A stretch of DNA of 64,000 bases from Candidatus Pacearchaeota archaeon UBA92 (GTDB lineage: Archaea > Nanobdellota > Nanobdellia > Pacearchaeales > GW2011-AR1). Shown here piece after piece: positions 56,001 through 61,969 of the stretch (the first letter of the stretch is position 1; each line of letters begins with the position of its first letter). The position numbers and the translations under genes are program-made. Under the pieces are notes generated by a model that saw only the letters and a list, made by a program, of their open reading frames with translations, had not been told where the DNA came from and made no database searches. The stretch lies in NCBI GenBank assembly GCA_002497285.1, contig DANJ01000014.1:34089-98088 (forward strand). The letters are read 5' to 3'.

Positions 56001-58803
56001 CTACAAAGCTCGGACTTGAAGCCATTGTTACCTCTCCACCTTCTGTCCACCACTGAACATTATTATCTACAGGGTCTATTATATGGTCAAACTCGACGCT
56101 TCCTCCAATAATTTTCAAGTCAAATGTATCCTGTTCGCCTTGTAATCCTGATAAAAATACTTTATTATACTCATTGTCATTTAGATTATCAAATTCTGCA
56201 ATTATTTCATTTCCATTAAATTCGTATACTTCAATTCTTGGTGTCCCATTGACTGCCCTTGGATAAACAGTTATATCGTTTTCACTTGTCAGATTTTTTT
56301 CAAAAGTAACTCGAACATAATGTGTATCTGGAATTATTTCAGTCCAGTTCCCATCCAATTCCCTCGCCTGCTCATATATATCCGAAATGAACGTTCTATT
56401 TTCATCCAAATGCTCCGCATTTGTAATTACAATAATATCAAATGTTTGATTAGACAAACGAGGAGCTATCCATTCAACGTAATCCATTATGCCGTTGCTA
56501 TTATTATCACTGGCGCCTAAAACAGAAAGATAGGTCATATTTTCAACCCAATAAATTCTTATTTTGGATGCATCTGCAATTCCAAGGCTTTCATTCAATT
56601 CTGTAAATGCAAGAACATTTTCATAATGCACATCGGCCGGTGAGAATATTCTTACCCTCTTGCCATTCACAAGTTCCTCTTCTTCAGAATAAGGCGCATC
56701 AGTATAATACTCTATTTCAACGGCATCTTCAGTTGCATTTAATTCTACAAGAACCTCCTGCGTTGCATTTTCCTCCTCGGAAACAACGAGTCCTGTAAAT
56801 CTCAAAAGCCCCCTAAAAAATTTAGAGAAAGCAGATTTCCTTTCAATATTCAATTCAGCAGTGACTTTTCCAGAAATAACATTTCCGGACAAGCCGACAC
56901 TTATTTCCTTTGGCTCCTCTGCATTTTCAACTGCATTTTCATCGCTTGCACCCGCATTTTCGACATTTGTATTTTCATTCTCGGCAATTGTATTTTCACT
57001 TTCAGGAACATTAGTTTGAGTTATATTTTCATCTGCAGGAGCAATTGTATTTTCCTCTTCTGCAATTGTATTTTCACCTTCTGAAGCATTTCCATTTTCA
57101 GCATTTGCATTTCCACTTTCGGAAGCATCTGCATTTTTACCTTCGGCAATTGTATTTTCATTTTCAGGAATATTTTCGTCCTCATCTAATTTTACAACCG
57201 AAATATTTCCCGCACTTAAAGGCAGTTCAACAACAACATTGGCAGGCCCTGCAATTTCAACTTTCTTATTCCACTTGACAGGTTTGCCCAAAACTGCAGA
57301 ATATTGGGTAATATTAACACTTACATTTTCAACCAAGCTAACATTTGCAAGCGTGTTATTTGCAAGAGTGATATTTTTATCTAGAAGAGTAACATTAGTT
57401 TCATTAAAATCAGGCAATGTAACATTTTCTTCGGGCAAAACAACTTCTTCATCAACGGCCTCAACAGAAATGTCTTTTTCGACATCAACTATGATTTCAT
57501 CGCCATAAACAAGTCTAACACTGAAGATAGAATTATTTTTAGCGACAAAGGCAAAAGATGACAAATCCACTTCAAGCTTCAAATTGCCACTGCTCAAATA
57601 TTCTTCGCCAAACCCTTCTTCGCTTACAGAATATTTAGTAGAAACTTCAAGATTATTTTTCTGAACCTTCAAGTCTATCTCGCCGTCGCCAATCTCTTCT
57701 CCATCAACATTAACACTCCCTGAAACTATTCTCGCACCCTCGCCTTCATTAATTTCATACTCAAAGCTATTGTCTTTGCTTACTTTTCCTGAAATGATAT
57801 TTCCTTCAGATATAACTCCTCCTGTAATTCCTGAATCTCCGCCTGAATCTCCGCCTGAATCGCCACTACTCGAATCACCTCCGGAACTTCCGCCATCCCC
57901 GCCAGAATCGCCGCTTGAACTGCCCGAATCGCCTCCACTTGAACTTTCACTGCCAGAGCTTCCATCGCTTCCTGATTCTGTTCCTGCACTTCCGCCCTCC
58001 CCCGAACTTCCATCCACTCCAGAATTCCCAGCATTTCCAGAGTCGCCAGTTCCTTCAGTCAAACCTCCATCATTAGAATTTGTAGAATCAACAGGCGCAT
58101 TTGTAGAATCGGAAGGTATATCTTCGGGAGGAAGAGCACCATCGGCAACAGAACCATCTCCAGATGTATCAACCCCAGTTTCTCCAGAAGCATCGGAACC
58201 AGAAGCATCGGAGCCAGAAGCATCAGTAGCACTATCTCCACTCTCTTCAGAAGTTGCATTGTCACCATTTGAGCCATCATTGCCCCCTTCAACTGCACCC
58301 TTGTCACTATTAAAAATTTCCAGCTGGAATTCAACATCAGGATAAACTTCTTTCTCTCCAATCAGCCCATATCCTTCTCCTGCCCCAGAAATACTTCTGC
58401 CTTCAGCATAAAAATCACCATCAGTCGTTTCAGAATTTACAAGCTCGGAAAGCAAAAACTCTTTCTCCTCTCCGTTATAACTGACAATTACTTTTGAATC
58501 TGCAGGAATCAATTCTCCAGATTTTAAATTTAGATTTAAATTTCCCGCAATTTCCTCGCCAATTTGATAATTTGATTTTATATCTAATGAAACTCTTCCG
58601 GTAAATCCTGAAAAAAAGAAAAATAAAAGTAAGAGAACTGCAAACAATCCAAAAAGAAAAATCGGTAAAATTAATCTTCTATTACTTCGAGGCGGTTCAC
58701 TGCCTAAATAAGTTGTAACGACCTCTCCATTGACTCTTTTAGTTTCATAATAATATGGACCAAACCTCTTTCCATCTTTGTAAGTATACTTCTTATGAAC
58801 CAT
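50083..58803 (-). CDS. Giant surface adhesin (2906 aa) with two LamG domains
   Basis: N-terminal TM; acidic/Gly-Ser linkers; two LamG domains (WYHIAVTY...GTMDEV; WNHVAVT...GTIDEIAIW); beta-helix-like and Ig-like segments; many N-glycosylation sequons. Confidence 0.85.
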   Translation of the reverse strand: MVHKKYTYKDGKRFGPYYYETKRVNGEVVTTYLGSEPPRSNRRLILPIFLFGLFAVLLLLFFFFSGFTGRVSLDIKSNYQIGEEIAGNLNLNLKSGELIPADSKVIVSYNGEEKEFLLSELVNSETTDGDFYAEGRSISGAGEGYGLIGEKEVYPDVEFQLEIFNSDKGAVEGGNDGSNGDNATSEESGDSATDASGSDASGSDASGETGVDTSGDGSVADGALPPEDIPSDSTNAPVDSTNSNDGGLTEGTGDSGNAGNSGVDGSSGEGGSAGTESGSDGSSGSESSSGGDSGSSSGDSGGDGGSSGGDSSSGDSGGDSGGDSGITGGVISEGNIISGKVSKDNSFEYEINEGEGARIVSGSVNVDGEEIGDGEIDLKVQKNNLEVSTKYSVSEEGFGEEYLSSGNLKLEVDLSSFAFVAKNNSIFSVRLVYGDEIIVDVEKDISVEAVDEEVVLPEENVTLPDFNETNVTLLDKNITLANNTLANVSLVENVSVNITQYSAVLGKPVKWNKKVEIAGPANVVVELPLSAGNISVVKLDEDENIPENENTIAEGKNADASESGNANAENGNASEGENTIAEEENTIAPADENITQTNVPESENTIAENENTNVENAGASDENAVENAEEPKEISVGLSGNVISGKVTAELNIERKSAFSKFFRGLLRFTGLVVSEEENATQEVLVELNATEDAVEIEYYTDAPYSEEEELVNGKRVRIFSPADVHYENVLAFTELNESLGIADASKIRIYWVENMTYLSVLGASDNNSNGIMDYVEWIAPRLSNQTFDIIVITNAEHLDENRTFISDIYEQARELDGNWTEIIPDTHYVRVTFEKNLTSENDITVYPRAVNGTPRIEVYEFNGNEIIAEFDNLNDNEYNKVFLSGLQGEQDTFDLKIIGGSVEFDHIIDPVDNNVQWWTEGGEVTMASSPSFVDISQAVQLNKSFILLSRRATTSGDDPDNTGIYATWVNTTRFALNNVGASSTTTVAWYVIEGNNISVQNGTVEYITTDTNFDITLDSVDLTKTVPFVNYGSCTTTNTANENEQYWAANFTSNTNLNLQRADSGACAGNISYFVVEFNDGSTVYHVEDLLGTNDFVPIGAVINTSNSWVYYSQTFTATANVLAEIGTTVEIWNSTTLRVAREGSGGAAYIGAYVISTPGAVVQNGSSYYLSSGDDVITISSVVQNRSFSLASNNLTGTGIIFANLFYTNALDSPTALSLHREAGNNDAYVAWQVITLPLTSPPESDTSAPGVIIRKPQGGAYYGLSDLPLLFNVTLSESGSAQYTLDEGINNLTMLNLSRGVLGVELNATNSSLGSGSFIFRVYANDTTGNKNYSQFVNFSFDDAKPGVSFISPTPANDTAITGNAIYVNLSTSDANRHYSFVDFNRSLVLWARMDDVNDSGDVVDLSSWGNNGTKQGDAVQVDAGFYGNGFYFDGATDYIDFGKANSLTLNGPFTWASWIYLNDTVNQGLMGKTGSLSNGVSLRVASNKLTLFDPGLQSLPGATTLSTGRWYHIAVTYNGSYAYLYLNGTIDGNGTYTVTSDSTNNLYVGRSGTQTFYMNGTMDEVFMFSRELNQSEILALYDSGINRYENNFTNLNSTIHPFTAYVVDKAGNKNQTNQRKIITRPEHLKISNTFTCDDLLSKALELGFGTNYTSTCQVGDSTLVSCISLDTNLNITNSGRLDVDSRCTVFFNSSYEGQYSLYLSGTLNLSVGSMNAVVIANNYNFSIIGDPYFFVDSKGSITEANFNTPINISDSLISFSNIKINNTFTLINSTDITSYSVGANSVLERKFRLNATVKSAGAVISGVNMTATNRTGTKVFSINTDAQGSVFYNLTQYTDTGAGKVIWNNYTVNYSKAGYQPATGASINMTTDKELNLPISVFHTIVVSTTESLYDIYTRINDNTVFTNSSTSVNPCWYISHANINITIGKLILESCTLEMSNSNFDGEFNLYVSDGGTLSANYSNITKNNDFRFLFQVGQGSNLSLKNSYVSYTGNTEAINMRRGLSINTSSLVFDNNTVSKAFDADIEILSENIILTNSRFFGADGAGGRSNYNIFCVFCNNVSILDSNLSGSFLSNIVISGNQSIYLVSSNYSTHTVNPGGRLYKQWFVNVKTNDTLSNFVSNVNVTFFNNTGSATDSELTNSTGDAGYRISEYIVNGTLAGGVVILQSNYSVNTSKIGYSDSGIPLNVTRNLNIVFTNLNNPSPNFILNSPNNASQFTYGSLNIILNATVNDTYNDVLKTRIFGINSSLQANLYKHGLIYQNTIPNNSFVIYNWTSPVIIPDEFSVLLLHLDNRSEYGENDTRYYDYSDHGGSGNLSGGALVNESGGKLGGGIILPGVSYTSYLSSPSGALLNVSNLTVMVWIYPNLDGYDGFIVSKDDETGGGNDGFWFMFNYTSNGTMFDTGADSPVNSSSNIISRNKWNHVAVTVNATTIKFYINGAVAGTNEGTYSIFSNTNPLLIGSTTKTAVGSGAPGGFNGTIDEIAIWNKTLTASEIADTYTLGVGKYNWRLNATDNGGNNNESQIRDFDVNSAQGNLAPDTPTPEINSTLGTNKTAQNLHCIDTIYDQDNEAMNVTVLWYNESKIHLTAEFNNSYANGSAFDAILYSGNTTKGQNWTCSLRLFDNQISQSNWANSTQTIKILNTPPIVPALSTPANGASTTDRTPVFAWGASSDDDSDVLYYDLNITCFHTSGGGCTNRGDDTRYVETIDTNSYDLGSEPIGGGDLVYLYDNSYRYNWSIRVYDAEEFSAWTESFALNVSALIQISLLNSTVDFGSIAQFGFNDTSDNSPRPFLLQNDGNSFVNITLGATGLWITQANPSNYYTFKADNNTLENSSFNWLLSKFIYTQIPDTGSSVLAIVELNYTNATDTAEIDINVTVPTEEFAGARNSTITFTASLGE
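56981..57165 (-). repeat. Intragenic ENTIA repeat (4 copies)
   Basis: gcaattgtattttc recurs four times within the acidic linker of the adhesin. Confidence 0.8.
57830..58230 (-). repeat. Gly/Ser/Asp low-complexity tandem repeats (GDSG, DASGS)
   Basis: Repeated gcctgaatc and cagaagcatc units in the adhesin linker. Confidence 0.75.
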
Positions 58804-58923
58804 TCCTCTTTTTATTGTAAGAGAACCTCTTTTTCTCCGAATATATACAGAAAAATAGATTTATAAGCATTTCTAAAGACAATAATAGTTTATTTGTAGA
58901 GTTCTCTTACACTATTTTATGCA

Positions 58924-60846
58924 TTAAAAGTAAATTCCGGTCTCGTTAAATTCAACATCTACTCCGCCACTGTTGTTGAAATATCCATCGCCACAATAAT
59001 CTAACTCTCCGCCATCAACCAGTCCATCATTATCATTATCCAATGTATCAGAACATTGCTCATATGTCGTAGGAATTGCCGGAACTCCCTCACTCAAATT
59101 CAGCCTTCCTATTTCATCATCACTTGCATTAAGGAAAACATAAGTATCGGTGCCTATAAGCCTTATCTTTGAATATCCCTTTGATTCATCCGTAAATCTC
59201 TTATATCCATCCCTTGCATACTGCCTTGCCCCTCCGTTGAAGTTAGTCATAGCTTCCAACCCAAAATTAACTTTAAAAGTAAGTTTTTTAGCAGGCACCC
59301 ATGAAGCCCAGGCGATAGAATCAAATCCCTCAAAGAATGAATGCGTCAAAGATGAAGGTATAAAATATTTCTGATAATCTGTAGTATAAAAATAAAATGG
59401 TCCTCCATATTCTGTAGATGAAAGCCCTTTACCCATGATTCCATTATCTTTCCATAAATCTCTTATCCATTGCGCAACATATCCATGATCTTGATAGTAA
59501 TTTGACCTAAAGTGTATATCAAGGTAATCATAATAAGATGAGGAGTTTATTATGAAGTCTTCTATTTTCTCAACCGAACTTTCATCAATATCTTTAGGTG
59601 TGTTGTTTATAATCCCATTTTCAAGAAACCCATCATAAGTTATGTTCTCAAGATTAAATCCTCTCTTTAAAGCAAAATTATCTACTCCTGTCAATCCATA
59701 AGTTATCATTGGAAGTCTTTCTTCTCCAGGATTCAGGCTCTCTTGAGCTTCCTGCATTGCAGAATAAGTTAAGTTCATCAACTTTATCATGCTTTCAAAC
59801 TTAACCTCCTGGATCGTGTTCCTAGGGTCGCAAGTCGGATTACCTGTAGTGTTAACAACAAACTGATGACTCCATTCATTCCCTAATTGTATCCCTGCAA
59901 GAACTGATTCCGACCCGTTATTTACAGGCTGCACATAATACTTGTCAACGACAAACTTAACATAATTTGTCCATTCGGCTTCATTCTTAGGATAAGAATC
60001 TCTTTCATCAATACTTCTCTCTCCAATTTGATAAGAACATGTACTTCGGTTAGGGTCATTTGCCTTTATTGTCAAAAGGATTTTAGTATTCTCGCTTTTA
60101 TAGAATAAAGTTGCATTATTAAATATATCTTCCTTGAAACTCCCATCCCCATTATAAACATTATGCCATGAGATTATTAGTCTATGAAACTCTGCCCCTA
60201 CTGCCGAAGTAGCTGGAAGATGTAAAGCACCGACACTATGAAACCCTATATAAGGCATAGGCTCTATATTTGAATTAATCAAACCATTTCTTATTCTCGT
60301 GCAATTATCCTCAAAATCGTCAAGATAAACTATTCCTTTATTTATCTCACATCCATCTCCTTCAGTTTCATTACCTTCCCCGAGCCCTGATAATTCTTCA
60401 GAGCATGAAACAGAAGCGCCGGTAAATCCACAGATATTATTTCCAAGAACTGAAGCGACATCAACACTCACAATCTCTCTCCCAGAGCGGTTAAAATCAA
60501 ATATATAATTCTTAGATCCAAATTCTCTCGGAACGCTATTATTCGACAAAATAAAAGTCTTGCCCTTAGAATCCTTAAACAAAAATTTCAGTTCACTAAT
60601 CTGCGAACTACCTATTCCCCTATTAACCTTTACAGAATAGATTGCCTCTCCCGAATCGCTACAACTCTTTACAGCTAAATCAAGTTTGGCGCAAACAATT
60701 AAATTATTTATCGAACCATTTTCATTCGAACCAAGTTTTTCAAGCAATAAAGGCTGAACAAAAAGCCAGATTATTGAAATAGAAATCAAAGAGATGAGAA
60801 TTATGAGAACAATCGCAATTATCTCACTCAACCCCCTCTTTAACAT
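58924..60846 (-). CDS. Type IV pilin-like protein fused to a clan GH-A glycoside hydrolase domain
   Basis: MLKRG/LSEIIAIVLII leader; IQLGNEW (acid/base), DYLDIH and STEYG (nucleophile); C-terminal CSDTLDNDNDGLVD motif. Confidence 0.8.
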   Translation of the reverse strand: MLKRGLSEIIAIVLIILISLISISIIWLFVQPLLLEKLGSNENGSINNLIVCAKLDLAVKSCSDSGEAIYSVKVNRGIGSSQISELKFLFKDSKGKTFILSNNSVPREFGSKNYIFDFNRSGREIVSVDVASVLGNNICGFTGASVSCSEELSGLGEGNETEGDGCEINKGIVYLDDFEDNCTRIRNGLINSNIEPMPYIGFHSVGALHLPATSAVGAEFHRLIISWHNVYNGDGSFKEDIFNNATLFYKSENTKILLTIKANDPNRSTCSYQIGERSIDERDSYPKNEAEWTNYVKFVVDKYYVQPVNNGSESVLAGIQLGNEWSHQFVVNTTGNPTCDPRNTIQEVKFESMIKLMNLTYSAMQEAQESLNPGEERLPMITYGLTGVDNFALKRGFNLENITYDGFLENGIINNTPKDIDESSVEKIEDFIINSSSYYDYLDIHFRSNYYQDHGYVAQWIRDLWKDNGIMGKGLSSTEYGGPFYFYTTDYQKYFIPSSLTHSFFEGFDSIAWASWVPAKKLTFKVNFGLEAMTNFNGGARQYARDGYKRFTDESKGYSKIRLIGTDTYVFLNASDDEIGRLNLSEGVPAIPTTYEQCSDTLDNDNDGLVDGGELDYCGDGYFNNSGGVDVEFNETGIYF

Positions 60847-60887
60847 GCCTGATTAAGCTAAAATGATTATATAAATCTTAATAACAT

Positions 60888-61268
60888 TTAAAAAAATCTT
60901 CCTCTTTTCATATTCGCAAATTTCCTATGCATAATCTCAACATTCCTGTCGCAGACAAAATCGTGCTGCCTGAAACCCCCGCCGAAAGTTTTAGGAATAT
61001 GCATAAGCTCATGTATAATCACCTTGTCCTGTTCATCTTTATTCATCCGTTCAAATCTCTCCAAAAATTCTATTGCATAATGCGCCTTAACTCCTATTGC
61101 CTTCTGCATTAGCTTTCCTATTGTATGACAACGCGCGATAATCCTCTTAGTTGAACTTCCAGAACTCCTAAAACATTTCACCCTCTCAATGGCTATATGC
61201 TCCATCTCAAGGAATTTCGCAATTTCTTCCATCCTATTTTGTAAGTCTTCAGCGTATTCGTATTTCAT
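60888..61268 (-). CDS. Putative metallopeptidase (phage-metallopeptidase-like)
   Basis: ARC...IE...F and IIHELMHIP...H motifs. Confidence 0.75.
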   Translation of the reverse strand: MKYEYAEDLQNRMEEIAKFLEMEHIAIERVKCFRSSGSSTKRIIARCHTIGKLMQKAIGVKAHYAIEFLERFERMNKDEQDKVIIHELMHIPKTFGGGFRQHDFVCDRNVEIMHRKFANMKRGRFF

Positions 61269-61753
61269 CTAAATTTTTCAAACCACCCTTTCATATCTTT
61301 CAATACATCATCAGAATTTGTATCAATCTTCTCCAACAGCTGTTTTTCATTAAACCAGCCAACTTGGGCAACCTCATCTTTATTAATTTTAAGTTTGTCT
61401 AAATCAATATCTTTTTTTAGGATAAACCATTGAGTAAAATGTTTATATTGTCCTAAAACCAATTCCTTGAATCCCTTTTTGGGATTAATATTCTTCAATC
61501 CAAGCTCTTCTTCAGCTTCCTTAACAATATTTGATTCATAGGTCTCTCCCTCTTCAATAGTCCCTGCAACTGCAGGACCCCATTTTCCAGGATTTTGTTT
61601 TTTACTCAAAGCTCTGCGAGCCAGCAATATTTCTTTTTTATTATTCAAAACCCATAAAGCAGAAACTCGGTAAATGTCCTTGGAATAATCTAACGCCTCC
61701 CTTTCTTTTGAGTCAATAACATTATCCTTATCATCAACAATAATTATTTTCAT
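61265..61753 (-). CDS. NUDIX hydrolase (Idi-like subfamily)
   Basis: Nudix box AGTIEEGETYESNIVKEAEEELG; K..NPGKW motif. Confidence 0.85.
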   Translation of the reverse strand: MKIIIVDDKDNVIDSKEREALDYSKDIYRVSALWVLNNKKEILLARRALSKKQNPGKWGPAVAGTIEEGETYESNIVKEAEEELGLKNINPKKGFKELVLGQYKHFTQWFILKKDIDLDKLKINKDEVAQVGWFNEKQLLEKIDTNSDDVLKDMKGWFEKFR

Positions 61754-61968
61754 TCTTTCACCTCTATAATTTTATCTCTGCTTTTGGGATTTTTAATCTT
61801 TATGGCTCTAAAATTCACGCCCAATTTCTTAGCCAACAGGTTAATCAGCCTTTTATTTGCCTTCCCGTCTTCAGCCCTTTCCTTCAGGCTAATAAGATAT
61901 TTATCCTCTGCAATTTTCTCAATGCTCTCTTCCTTCATCCCCGGTTTAACTTTGACATAAATTATCAT
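61750..61968 (-). CDS. DUF167/YggU family protein
   Basis: VKVKP...AEDGKAN..LI..LA...SRDK pattern. Confidence 0.88.
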   Translation of the reverse strand: MIIYVKVKPGMKEESIEKIAEDKYLISLKERAEDGKANKRLINLLAKKLGVNFRAIKIKNPKSRDKIIEVKE

Positions 61969-61969
61969 T

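Noticed and set aside
56981-58230. Short direct repeats as a CRISPR array or DGR repeat
   Set aside because: The repeats are in-frame, irregularly spaced and encode low-complexity linkers; no reverse transcriptase or cas genes are present.
57770-58345. 191-aa Pro/Ser/Glu-rich plus-strand ORF and other antisense ORFs in the track
   Set aside because: These are shadows of real genes on the opposite strand (here the Gly/Ser/Asp linker) with no independent motifs.
61265-61753. Isopentenyl-diphosphate isomerase (idi)
   Set aside because: The metal-binding His residues and catalytic Cys of type 1 IDI are not evident (YRVS, AVAGT), so it was left as a generic NUDIX.
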